Source: an uncultured Syntrophales bacterium (GTDB lineage Bacteria; Desulfobacterota; Syntrophia; Syntrophales; JACQWR01). Taken from it: a stretch of DNA of 60,871 bases. Location: contig CAZTLA010000001.1 in assembly GCA_964614365.1 (NCBI GenBank), positions 1 to 60,871 on the forward strand, in the 5' to 3' direction. Positions 38,835 through 47,987 of this stretch are shown one piece after another. A program made the translations under genes and the position numbers. Below the pieces are notes generated by a model, which made no database searches, was not told the DNA's origin, and worked only from the letters and a program-made list of their open reading frames with translations. Every line of letters begins with the position of its first letter. The stretch's first letter is position 1.

Positions 38835-39722
38835 ATGGCGGAAGCGAAGAAGCAGGAATTCTGGAGATGGACGGAGTCCAACTGGAAGAATCCTGATATT
38901 GACTGGCAGCAGGCGCAGTATATTACCTGTGGTATAGATGTGGGTTCGGTGAGTTCACAGGCGGTGATAATGGCGGATGGCGAGGTTTTTGTTTACGGGA
39001 ACATGCGTACGGGGTCAGATAGTCCGAATAGCGCTCTCAATGCTTTGGCTTTTGCGCTGGAGAAGACGGACATGCCGAATGACCGCCTCGACTATTGCAT
39101 CGGCACCGGTTATGGCCGGGTGAATGTGCCCTTTGCCGATCGTTCAATTACGGAAATAGCCTGTCATGCCCGTGGGGCTAATTACATCTATGGTCCCCAG
39201 GTGAGGACGGTCCTGGACGTGGGCGGTCAGGATATCAAGGCAATCCAGTGCGATGAGAAGGGGAAGGTGACGAACTTTGTGATGAACGACAAGTGCGCCG
39301 CCGGGACTGGTCGCGGCATGGAGGTTTTTGCCGATATGCTGGGCATATCGATCACCGACGTGGGAGATCGTTCGTTCCAAGTGAAGGCGGAGCCGGAGGC
39401 GGTGTCGAGTACCTGTGTGGTTTACGCGAAGTCGGAGGCGACGGGCCTGTTGCGCAAGGGGTGGACGGCGGAAGAAGTTTTGGCCGCCTACTGTCGTGCT
39501 ATGGCCGAGCGTATTTATTCACTCGTGAGGCGCGTCGGGGTGGTGCCGGAGTTCGCGGTTACGGGTGGTATGGCAAAGAACCGGGGCGTGATGGATCGTT
39601 TGATGCCTATGATGGGCCTGGAGTGGCTGAAGACGAAGTGGGACGCTCAGATCGCTGGAGCCGCGGGGGCGGCCTTGTTTGGCCATGCCCTCTGCAAACA
39701 GGGTAAAGGCAAACAAAAGTGA
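38835..39722 (+). CDS. BadF/BadG/BcrA/BcrD/HgdC-family ATPase, copy 4, with an N-terminal extension
   Basis: 295 aa. Contains a ~30-aa N-terminal extension, then CGIDVGSVSSQ, DVGGQD, NDKCAAGTGRGME, SSTCVVYAKSE and TGGMAKN. Confidence 0.85.
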   Translation: MAEAKKQEFWRWTESNWKNPDIDWQQAQYITCGIDVGSVSSQAVIMADGEVFVYGNMRTGSDSPNSALNALAFALEKTDMPNDRLDYCIGTGYGRVNVPFADRSITEIACHARGANYIYGPQVRTVLDVGGQDIKAIQCDEKGKVTNFVMNDKCAAGTGRGMEVFADMLGISITDVGDRSFQVKAEPEAVSSTCVVYAKSEATGLLRKGWTAEEVLAAYCRAMAERIYSLVRRVGVVPEFAVTGGMAKNRGVMDRLMPMMGLEWLKTKWDAQIAGAAGAALFGHALCKQGKGKQK

Positions 39723-39805
39723 ACCTCTCACGGGGAGCCGCGGGCATCTTACTTACAAACAAATGCGATTGAACAGGCCTCCTCTCCCCTGTGTGGAATC
39801 GTGTA

Positions 39806-39972
39806 ATTCCATTTCTAATTCTTTAGTGCATGAATAATCCATTGCCAAGCAACTATCGAACGGATACGATTTCGATCATTTTCCATATCGCGCAATGCAT
39901 CCGCAAGGTGATCTTCGAGAGCATCAAGGCTGATGTGCGGATAGTATATCACTTATGAATTAGAAATGGAAT
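39806..39972. repeat. 16-bp perfect inverted repeat (ATTCCATTTCTAATTC / GAATTAGAAATGGAAT) flanking a 45-codon minus-strand ORF in the convergent intergenic region
   Basis: The arms lie at 39806-39821 and 39957-39972. The enclosed ORF (39815-39952, GTG start) reads VIYYPHISLDALEDHLADALRDMENDRNRIRSIVAWQWIIHALKN. I recognise no family for it. Confidence 0.4.
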
Positions 39973-40036
39973 AAAAGGGGGGACATCTCTCAATCCTGGT
40001 AAACGATTACGCAAGCCCTGCTCCAAAAGCTGCTCC

Positions 40037-41059
40037 CTATTTAAAAAGGATATCCTTAAGTTTTGAAAGCATCGTATTGTCCAGCTTGAATAGGGAGGCC
40101 ACCGACTTTTCCAGTTCCGCGGCGGTGACAGGCGACATCTCCAGCTTGACCTTCTCCGCTTCATCAAGGAATTCCTTGTCTTTTAAAGTTTCCGTAAAAG
40201 CCCTGGTAAGGATTTGTACCTGTTCCTTGGGCGTGCCGGGCGGCAGAACGAAGGGCCGGTTAAAGACACTGGCGTTATGGATACCCACTTCAATCAACTC
40301 GCGGGCCTCTGCGGTCTTGGCATAGCTGATGGCCAGGGGGACATTGGGGAGATCGGGAAAAGGTTCCGGAACCGTCTGGAGAACTACCACCACGTCGCCG
40401 CTTTCCAGAGACTTGCGCCACGTAGAACGCATGGAGGTCCACCCCCAGGAGGCGCCGGCAAGTTCGCCCTGTTCCACGGCCAGACGGATGTCAGCCGTAC
40501 CTTTATAGCCGGAAACCAATTGGATCGGAAGCCCCAACGCCGCCCTCAGTAGGCGTATGACGTTATCCGAAGCAGCGCCGGGTCCTGTCCCGCCCATTTT
40601 TACCGGTGTCTTTGCGGCCATCCATTTTTCCATGCTGGTAATGCCGCTCTTTTTTGAAAAGGCATAGGCGCATTCTTCCTTGGCGGCAGCGCCCAGGTAA
40701 ACTAATTTTCGTGCGTCAAATTCAATTCCAGGCTGTTGCAATACCTGCTTAAAGAAGAGGCCGCCCTCAAAGTGTGCGACGGTAAGCCCGTCCGGTTTGG
40801 CAACATTATACAGGTAGTTGGCAGAGATCAGACTTCCCGCACCGATCATGTTTTCCACAAGAACGGTCGGTTTTCCCGGTATATGCTTCCCGATATGGCG
40901 GGAGATTGCCCGGGCATAGGTATCGAAGCCGCCACCAGCAGCATAACCAACTACAACGCGGATGGTCTTACCTTCGTAAAATGGCGCCGCTGCAACTGTA
41001 GCGGCGGTTATAAGAAAGAAAACCAGAAGAACACCCGCCGGTAAAAAATACTTTTTCAT
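40037..41059 (-). CDS. TTT-type (TctC/Bug family) substrate-binding protein, orphan
   Basis: Has a signal peptide (MKKYFLPAGVLLVFFLITAATVAA), then GKTIRVVVGYAAGGGFDTYAR...VLVENMIGAGSLI...AKPDGLT. I placed the start at the internal ATG 41059, after an SD. Confidence 0.7.
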   Translation of the reverse strand: MKKYFLPAGVLLVFFLITAATVAAAPFYEGKTIRVVVGYAAGGGFDTYARAISRHIGKHIPGKPTVLVENMIGAGSLISANYLYNVAKPDGLTVAHFEGGLFFKQVLQQPGIEFDARKLVYLGAAAKEECAYAFSKKSGITSMEKWMAAKTPVKMGGTGPGAASDNVIRLLRAALGLPIQLVSGYKGTADIRLAVEQGELAGASWGWTSMRSTWRKSLESGDVVVVLQTVPEPFPDLPNVPLAISYAKTAEARELIEVGIHNASVFNRPFVLPPGTPKEQVQILTRAFTETLKDKEFLDEAEKVKLEMSPVTAAELEKSVASLFKLDNTMLSKLKDILFK

Positions 41060-41139
41060 ATTCTTTCCCTCCGTATAGTAAAATACATCCCCGTTTAAGG
41101 TCGTTGACGAAATTACGGAAACCCACCGGGGCAAACCTG

Positions 41140-41898
41140 CTAATGCATGCTTGCCCCGCCATCTACATTCAGCAACTGTCCGGTGATGAAATCGCTGTGA
41201 CGGGAGGCCAGGAACAAAACAGTTCCCGTCAGGTCATTTGGCAATTCCGATCTTTTGAGGCAGCGGTCAGTTACGGCCTTCTTAAACCGCTCGGCCGGAG
41301 AAACCTGCTCATTTACACCGCTATCGGTGAGGCCTGGGGAGACGGCGTTAACCGTGATGCCCTCCTCGCCGACCTCGCGTGCCAGAGCGCGGGTAAAGCC
41401 CACCACGCCTGCCTTGGAGGTAACATAATGAAGAAAGTGAGGCGAACCCTTAAAGATGCTTGAGGAGGAAATATTGATGATTTTGCCGTATTGCTGCTGT
41501 TTCATATAGGGGAAAACCGCCTGAGAGCAGAAGAGCATCCCTCTCAGGTTGACGGCCATCACCTGATTCCATTCCTCGCCCTCGATCTCCATAAATGACT
41601 TCCTCGTCAGCGTGGAGTAGATGGCGGCATTATTGACGAGAACATGGATCCCCTGCCACTCGGCCCATACGTCCCGGGCAAGGTTCCGACAGCTCTCAGC
41701 ATCCGATACATCCACGTTCCTTGCCACCACTTGATGGCCTTTGTTTTGCAGCTCCGTCGCAATATTTTCCGCTGCCGCCTGATCGATATCGGCAATCGCC
41801 ACCCGTGCGCCTGATGCGGCAAATGCCTCGACATAAGCCCGGCCGATACCTTTACCGCCGCCTGTTACGATTACAACTTTGTCCCCCATGTCCCACAT
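41140..41898 (-). CDS. Short-chain dehydrogenase/reductase (SDR)
   Basis: Contains VTGGGKGIGRAY, NNAA, YVTSK and a C-terminal ITGQLLNVDGG. Confidence 0.88.
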   Translation of the reverse strand: MWDMGDKVVIVTGGGKGIGRAYVEAFAASGARVAIADIDQAAAENIATELQNKGHQVVARNVDVSDAESCRNLARDVWAEWQGIHVLVNNAAIYSTLTRKSFMEIEGEEWNQVMAVNLRGMLFCSQAVFPYMKQQQYGKIINISSSSIFKGSPHFLHYVTSKAGVVGFTRALAREVGEEGITVNAVSPGLTDSGVNEQVSPAERFKKAVTDRCLKRSELPNDLTGTVLFLASRHSDFITGQLLNVDGGASMH

Positions 41899-41943
41899 AA
41901 CGTTCTGCCTCCCTTTAAACAGAGTAGAAATGGAATCAGGCGA

Positions 41944-42732
41944 CTATTTCCCCTGAAAACCAGGTTTACGCTTCGCGATGAATGCAGCTACCCCTTCTCG
42001 TCCGTCAGCGCTTCCCGCCATTGCCGCCATAGCGCGTGACTCTTTCTCCATCTGGGATTCGAGGCTTTCGGTCGTACCGGAGAGAATTAAACGCTTTGTT
42101 TCACCAAAGCATCTGGTTGGTCCTGTTGCCCACTTATAGGCTATATCAAGGGCGCGAGCCAGCACTTGATCATCGGCGACTACCTGATTAATGAGCCCCC
42201 ACTCCATGGCCTGCCTCGCCGACAATACCGGATTGAGCAGCGCCATCTCCTTGGCGCGGCGAATTCCCACAATGCGCGCCAAGAAAAAGCTGCAGCTTCC
42301 GTCCGGGGACAGGCCGGCATTGGTGTAGGCCACGGTGAATTTTGCCGACTCAGCGGCAATGGCGATATCGGTGGTTAACGCCAGGCTGAAGCCTCCACCC
42401 GCCGCGGTTCCATTTATGGCGCCAACAACCGGCGCATCCATCCAGTTGAACATGGATATGGCTGCATGGAATGCCTGGGTGATCTCTCTGGTGTAGAGGG
42501 AAACTCTTTCACGTTGGGCGACAAAGGCTTTCAGGTCACCCCCTGCGCAGAACATCCGGCCGTTGCCGGTCAACACCACCGCGCGGACATCGGGGTCTTC
42601 GTTGCAGCGGATAGCGACATCAAGAAGTTCGCGCGCCATCTCCAGGGTAATCGCATTGCCTTCGTTGGGGCGATTAAGGTGAATCACCGCAACGCCTTTA
42701 TTTACTTCGAAGGTGATTGAAATGTAGGGCAT
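41944..42732 (-). CDS. Enoyl-CoA hydratase/isomerase family
   Basis: Contains LNRPNEGNAI, FCAGGDLKAF, INGTAAGGGFSLAL and a C-terminal EGVAAFIAKRKPGF. Confidence 0.88.
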   Translation of the reverse strand: MPYISITFEVNKGVAVIHLNRPNEGNAITLEMARELLDVAIRCNEDPDVRAVVLTGNGRMFCAGGDLKAFVAQRERVSLYTREITQAFHAAISMFNWMDAPVVGAINGTAAGGGFSLALTTDIAIAAESAKFTVAYTNAGLSPDGSCSFFLARIVGIRRAKEMALLNPVLSARQAMEWGLINQVVADDQVLARALDIAYKWATGPTRCFGETKRLILSGTTESLESQMEKESRAMAAMAGSADGREGVAAFIAKRKPGFQGK

Positions 42733-42768
42733 CGCTTCGTACTCCCTCTATCCATATCCCGTCAAATC

Positions 42769-43770
42769 TCAGAACATCACATGTTTGGAAAACTCTGCTA
42801 TGACATCTTTCGGCTGGTTGAAAACGGAATTGATGACCTTCACTATCTCTTTCCCCGGTGTGTACTGAATATCCATAGAAGCCTTCCGGGCGTCTTCCCG
42901 CATTTGCGGATCGTCGGCAAGTTTGGCAAAGCCGTCCGCGAGGATATTGATTACCGCAGGCGGAGTGCCGGGGGTGGAGACAAAGGGACGGCCGATAAGG
43001 TCGGCGGCGGAAAACATGTACATGACTGCTTTCCCTATCTTACTTGTAGCAATATCTTCATTTACCGGAAGTCGCTCCATACCCTTCTCCGCAACGCGAC
43101 CGCGAATGAAAGGTCGTACAATTCCCCGATCGATGAAGGGCTTAAGCGAACTGTAAGTCCCCGCACGGCCGTCAACCTCTTTCCGCTCCACAGCCAACAT
43201 CTGGTCGGCGCTGGAAGGATAGACGATCAACTTAATATTCAGCCCTGCGTACGTCTTCAGCAGGGTGGGAAACTGGCCGCTGATGTCCGTCGGGCCGGAG
43301 CAGGCGAGAATAATGGGCGACTTCGACTTCAAAACATCATCAAATGTTTTAAAAGGGAGGTCGGTTCTCATCGTAAGGATAGTGCTTTCAACCGCTGTGG
43401 ACCCGATCCAGGCATACTTGAGGATATCGAACTTCACCCCTTCAAGTTTGGTCAGCTGGGCAAAAGGGATGGTCCGGTTGAATGTGCCAATCGTAAGACC
43501 GTCCGGTTTGGCAATGTTGTAAACATAATTGGCGGCAATAATGCTGCTTGCGCCTTCCATGTTCTCGATAATGATCGCCGGCTTGCCTGGTATATATTTG
43601 GGAAGGTGTTTTGCCACCAGCCGCGCCATACGATCATACCCGCCACCGGGCTTATATCCCACCACAATTCTAATTATTTTTCCTTCATAGTAAGGCGCTG
43701 CCACGGCTTCCGACAAACTAAGAAAGATGAAAAAAAGAAAAGCGAAAATGGCAATGATATATTTATTCAT
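42769..43770 (-). CDS. TTT-type (TctC/Bug) substrate-binding protein, orphan
   Basis: Has a signal peptide, then AAPYYEGKIIRIVVGYKPGGGYDRMARLVAKHLPKYIPGKPAIIIENMEGASS...AKPDGLT. It is a paralogue of 43782 and 45987. Confidence 0.75.
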   Translation of the reverse strand: MNKYIIAIFAFLFFIFLSLSEAVAAPYYEGKIIRIVVGYKPGGGYDRMARLVAKHLPKYIPGKPAIIIENMEGASSIIAANYVYNIAKPDGLTIGTFNRTIPFAQLTKLEGVKFDILKYAWIGSTAVESTILTMRTDLPFKTFDDVLKSKSPIILACSGPTDISGQFPTLLKTYAGLNIKLIVYPSSADQMLAVERKEVDGRAGTYSSLKPFIDRGIVRPFIRGRVAEKGMERLPVNEDIATSKIGKAVMYMFSAADLIGRPFVSTPGTPPAVINILADGFAKLADDPQMREDARKASMDIQYTPGKEIVKVINSVFNQPKDVIAEFSKHVMF

Positions 43771-43781
43771 GATCTCTCCTT

Positions 43782-44783
43782 TTAAAATTTGACGTATTTG
43801 CCAAATTCATTCACGATATCCAGCGGCTGATTGAGCAAATGTTTCAATACCTTCTGGACTTCCTGGGCGGGAACATATTCGAGGGCCATTTTATTTTTTT
43901 TCGCATCTTCCTGCGCTGCGGGGTCTTTAGCCACTTTTGCGAAGGCGTCCCGTAGCACGTTCATTGTCGCCTCCGGGGTTCCCGGGGGAGCAACATAGGG
44001 ACGGCCCATGCTGTCTGGCGCGGAACGCATGGCCAAGAGCGTTTTACCTTTTTTATCCGCCGCAATATCTTCATCAACCGGCAAATGCTCGATTCCAGGC
44101 TCAGAGATCCTCCCTCGGATCAGAGGGCGCACCATTCCCCTATCAATAAACGGTTTAAAGGAGCTATAGGATCCGCCCCTACCATCCACCTCCTTCCGCT
44201 CGACGGCCAACATAGCATCAGCGCTCGAAGGATAGACAATCAATCTTGGATTGAGGCTGGCAAACTCCTTCAGAAGGACGATATGTTGGTGGTCTGAAGA
44301 CCCTGGACCTATGGTTCCAAAGGGGATGGCTTCTTTCACCTTCTTGAGATCGTCGAACGTCTTATACGGAAGATCATTCCGTATCGTAATGACAGAAGCC
44401 TCGACAGCCGCCGATCCTATCCAGGCGAACTTAGTCAGATCAAACTTGCCGCCCTCTGCTTTCAGCAATTGAGCAAAAACAAGTCCCCGGTTGAAGGTAG
44501 CGATGGTCATGCCATCGGGTTTCGCAATCTTATATGAGTAGTTGGCGGCAAGCATGCTGTCCGCGCCGGGCATATTCTGGACTAAAACGGTCGGTTTCCC
44601 GGGAATGTGATTGGGAAGGTGTTTTGCCAGAATCCGCGCCATGCGGTCGTATCCTCCACCCGGACCATAGCCCACGATGATGGTGATCACTTTCCCCGCG
44701 TAATAAGGCGCCGCCACGGCTTCCGGCAAATTAAGACAGATGAAAAAAAGAAAAGCAAAAAAGGCAACGATATGCTTTTTCAT
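43782..44783 (-). CDS. TTT-type (TctC/Bug) substrate-binding protein, orphan
   Basis: Contains AAPYYAGKVITIIVGYGPGGGYDRMARILAKHLPNHIPGKPTVLVQNMPGADS. It is a close paralogue of 45987-46994. Confidence 0.75.
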   Translation of the reverse strand: MKKHIVAFFAFLFFICLNLPEAVAAPYYAGKVITIIVGYGPGGGYDRMARILAKHLPNHIPGKPTVLVQNMPGADSMLAANYSYKIAKPDGMTIATFNRGLVFAQLLKAEGGKFDLTKFAWIGSAAVEASVITIRNDLPYKTFDDLKKVKEAIPFGTIGPGSSDHQHIVLLKEFASLNPRLIVYPSSADAMLAVERKEVDGRGGSYSSFKPFIDRGMVRPLIRGRISEPGIEHLPVDEDIAADKKGKTLLAMRSAPDSMGRPYVAPPGTPEATMNVLRDAFAKVAKDPAAQEDAKKNKMALEYVPAQEVQKVLKHLLNQPLDIVNEFGKYVKF

Positions 44784-44861
44784 GACCTCTCCCTCCGTTT
44801 CATTAACCCCTTGATTAACCTCTCCCCCTTACCAACGAGCCCGGGGCAATCGTTTACCGTC

Positions 44862-45962
44862 TTAATCACGAACGTTCTGTACAAACCAATCCGTGGGCAC
44901 TTGGCGACCGATACCGAGAGCCAAAACCTTCCGATAGACGAGACCCCCGACCGCTGCAAATTGAAGCCCCTGATTTCCCATGTTGTGATAAAAGGTGATT
45001 TGATCTTCCGAGGTCCTGCCTTGCGCGCGTCCGTAAACAAGGTCGCAGAAATCCGGATAGTCACCCCGAAACCCGTTTCCCGGCGTCTTGGGCGGCAGGC
45101 GTTGCATCTGCTCTTTCGTGCCGCCAATCCAAGCGACCGGACTCATGCCGATCTCCATGCATATCCGCTCCGTCTCCGGCATTTTGAGCCCGCCGATCCC
45201 CTGACGGATTTTTACGTCGAATCTGGACTCTGTATCTTGAGACACTTCGCCGGGCCCTAACATGGCCACATGCATGCCGGGCTCAAGCCAGTCCCGTTCG
45301 AAGGTCGGACTCATGCTGTCGGTCGCAGTCGAAAGAATATCAACGCCGCGGACAGCTTCGCGCGCCGAATCTACAGGCACAACCTCGATCCGTAGCTTTT
45401 CGCTCATTTCTCGCGCGTAGGTTTCGCGGTTTTTCCGCGTCGGACTGTAAACCTTACAGGTTCTAATAGGCCGAACGGCACAAAACGCCTCAAGAAATGT
45501 ACGGGCCATTCCGCCGGAGCCGAGCATGCCAACCACCGTTGCATCTTTGCGCGCCAAATGCTTTGTCCCGATGCCGGCCCCCCCACCGACCCGCATGTGC
45601 TGCAGAACGCCATCATTCATTATGGCAAGCGGCTCACCATTCTTTGAAGAAAACAGCATCATCAAGCCGCAGAACGTTCCAGGTTCGATACAGTATTTCT
45701 CTTCCGTCCAGCCACCATTGCCCCTTTGCGGCCACGTGATCACGTCAGATTTCATGCGAATCGCCAGAATCCCCTCGTACCATCCTTCCATGGTCCCCCA
45801 ACGGTAATATCCGTCGGTGCGGTCTGCCGGCGTATACATGTCTATACGCGGACGGTGAATGGCCTCGCCGGTCTCAAGTGCTTTGAAGGCTATTTCCTGG
45901 ACATTAATGCATTCCTTCATCGAAAGGACTTGCTCTACCATATTATTATGAATGAATAGCAT
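44862..45962 (-). CDS. Ornithine cyclodeaminase / mu-crystallin family NAD(P) protein
   Basis: 366 aa. Contains a family-typical N-terminus with ...ECINVQEIAFKAL, and the Rossmann motif VVGMLGSGGMART. The overall length fits the OCD/ketimine-reductase fold. Confidence 0.7.
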   Translation of the reverse strand: MLFIHNNMVEQVLSMKECINVQEIAFKALETGEAIHRPRIDMYTPADRTDGYYRWGTMEGWYEGILAIRMKSDVITWPQRGNGGWTEEKYCIEPGTFCGLMMLFSSKNGEPLAIMNDGVLQHMRVGGGAGIGTKHLARKDATVVGMLGSGGMARTFLEAFCAVRPIRTCKVYSPTRKNRETYAREMSEKLRIEVVPVDSAREAVRGVDILSTATDSMSPTFERDWLEPGMHVAMLGPGEVSQDTESRFDVKIRQGIGGLKMPETERICMEIGMSPVAWIGGTKEQMQRLPPKTPGNGFRGDYPDFCDLVYGRAQGRTSEDQITFYHNMGNQGLQFAAVGGLVYRKVLALGIGRQVPTDWFVQNVRD

Positions 45963-45986
45963 TCTTGTCCCTCCAAGTGGAAAACA

Positions 45987-46994
45987 CTAAAACTTTAAGT
46001 AATTGCTAAATTCATTGGTGATATTGGGCGGCTGATTGAGCAAATATTTCAATAGCTTCTGGACCTCCTGGGCGGGAGCATATTCTATGGCCATTTTATT
46101 TATTGCCGCATTTTTCTGCACCTCAGGGGCCGTTGCCATCTTTGCAAAGGCGTTCCTTAGCGTGTTCATTACCGCCTCCGGGGTTCCCGGGGGAGCTACA
46201 TAGGGCCGACCGATCCGATCAACGGTTGAAAGCATAGCCATTATGGTCTTTCCTTTTTCATCAGTGGTGAGTCCCTCATTTACCTGTAACGTTTCAATTC
46301 CCGGTTCAGATGTCCTCCCACGGATCAAAGGGCGCACCACCCCCCTCTCGATGAATGGTTTGAGTGAGCTATAAGCGCCCGCGCGACCGTCAATCTCTTT
46401 CCGTTCCAGGGCCAGCATGCATTCAGCATTTGAAGGATAGGTAATCATCTTCATCTTCAGCCCCAGAAATTCTCTTAAAAGGACGGGTAAAACATTAGTA
46501 GGATCCCCACCCCCCGTTCCTCCTATGGCAATAGGCTCTTTTGCTTTCTGAAGATCATTAAAAGTCTTATATGGCAGATCTGCCCGGATAACAAATATGA
46601 GGGCTTCTACAGCGGATGATCCTATCCATGAGTACTTTGTCAGGTCAAACCTTACCCCCTCTATCTTTGTTAATTGGGCAAAAGGAAGACCTCTGCTGAA
46701 AGTGCCGATGGTCAGGCCGTCGGGTTTGGCGATGTTATATAGATAATTGGCGGCAATCATGCTGTCCGCGCCGGGCATATTCTGGACCAGAACGGTCGGT
46801 TTCCCGGGAATGTAATTGGGAAGGTGTTTCGCCAGAATCCGCGCCATGCGGTCGTATCCTCCGCCTGGGCCATAACCCACGACGATGGTTATCACCTTGT
46901 CGGCGTAATAGGGCGCTGCCGGCGAACTGCCGGGAGAGATTAACACTGACAGGAAAAATAAAACAGTCAATACCGATACGATATATCTTCTCAT
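45987..46994 (-). CDS. TTT-type (TctC/Bug) substrate-binding protein, orphan
   Basis: Contains AAPYYADKVITIVVGYGPGGGYDRMARILAKHLPNYIPGKPTVLVQNMPGADS. Confidence 0.75.
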   Translation of the reverse strand: MRRYIVSVLTVLFFLSVLISPGSSPAAPYYADKVITIVVGYGPGGGYDRMARILAKHLPNYIPGKPTVLVQNMPGADSMIAANYLYNIAKPDGLTIGTFSRGLPFAQLTKIEGVRFDLTKYSWIGSSAVEALIFVIRADLPYKTFNDLQKAKEPIAIGGTGGGDPTNVLPVLLREFLGLKMKMITYPSNAECMLALERKEIDGRAGAYSSLKPFIERGVVRPLIRGRTSEPGIETLQVNEGLTTDEKGKTIMAMLSTVDRIGRPYVAPPGTPEAVMNTLRNAFAKMATAPEVQKNAAINKMAIEYAPAQEVQKLLKYLLNQPPNITNEFSNYLKF

Positions 46995-47006
46995 AGTTTC
47001 CCTCCT

Positions 47007-47966
47007 TTATTTCTGTAAAAGGACATCCGTATTCTTTTCCACCTCTTTGATAGTATCTTCCACCACCCGACGATACTTTCCGTGATCCATCGGGATAATC
47101 GTCATCTTTGCCTTTTCAGCCCAGTTTAAAAATTCAGGGTCAGCGGCTGCCTTGGTAAAAGCCTTTTCCAAAATCTTCACCTTCTCAATCGGCAGATTGG
47201 GCGGCCCTGCAACTCCATCAATACCAGGAATAGCGTTAATGGTGAAGCCTAATTCCTTTGGAATGGGCACCTGAGGGAAAGCCTTATCTCTTTTGTCGTC
47301 AATAACGAGGAGGGGTTTGAGTTTCCCGGCCTGGACCAAAGGAAGAGCGTTTGTTGTGATGGCGACGGCAAAATCAACATGTTTCCCTGCCAGAGCTGCG
47401 AGGGCAGCAGCGCTGTCAAAATGGACATGCTTTACGTCTTTTAGTCCAAGACCGTTTGCCATCACCAGGGCGGCAAGATGGGGAGACGTTCCGATTCCCG
47501 ATGTGGCATTCGTGAGTTGTTTTGATTTTCCGGCTTTGATTAATTCGTCTAGGCTTTTATAGGTGTTCTCTGCCACAACTAAAATCTGAGGGGCAACGAA
47601 GCAGGCAAAAATCGGGGTAAATTCTTTTGTCTTATATTCGACAGAAGCCAGATGCTCTCCTAAAATAACTGCCGGAAGAGGAAGAATGCCAATCGTATGG
47701 CCATCCGGTTTGGCCTTAAACAATTTGGTATAGCCGATACGACCGCCTGCACCGGGGAAATTCTGGATCACAACACGAACCCCCAAGTATTTCTCCACAT
47801 ACGGGAGGATCCCTCTGGCCTGAATATCCGTCTTGCCTCCCGGCGCAAATCCGACCAAATAGTTTATCGGCCCCTCCGGAAAATCGGATTTCTTTTCCGC
47901 ACCCATCAGCTCTCCTGCATCAAGAAAGAGTAAGACTCCGGCAATGAGCAGACTGATTTTCCTCAT
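47007..47966 (-). CDS. TTT-type (TctC) substrate-binding protein, orphan
   Basis: Contains MRKISLLIAGVLLFL..., GPINYLVGFAPGGKTDIQAR...VIQNFPGAGGRIG...AKPDGHTIG. It is a close paralogue of 50564-51526. Confidence 0.78.
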   Translation of the reverse strand: MRKISLLIAGVLLFLDAGELMGAEKKSDFPEGPINYLVGFAPGGKTDIQARGILPYVEKYLGVRVVIQNFPGAGGRIGYTKLFKAKPDGHTIGILPLPAVILGEHLASVEYKTKEFTPIFACFVAPQILVVAENTYKSLDELIKAGKSKQLTNATSGIGTSPHLAALVMANGLGLKDVKHVHFDSAAALAALAGKHVDFAVAITTNALPLVQAGKLKPLLVIDDKRDKAFPQVPIPKELGFTINAIPGIDGVAGPPNLPIEKVKILEKAFTKAAADPEFLNWAEKAKMTIIPMDHGKYRRVVEDTIKEVEKNTDVLLQK

Positions 47967-47987
47967 AGGTATCCCTCCTTTTTCAAG

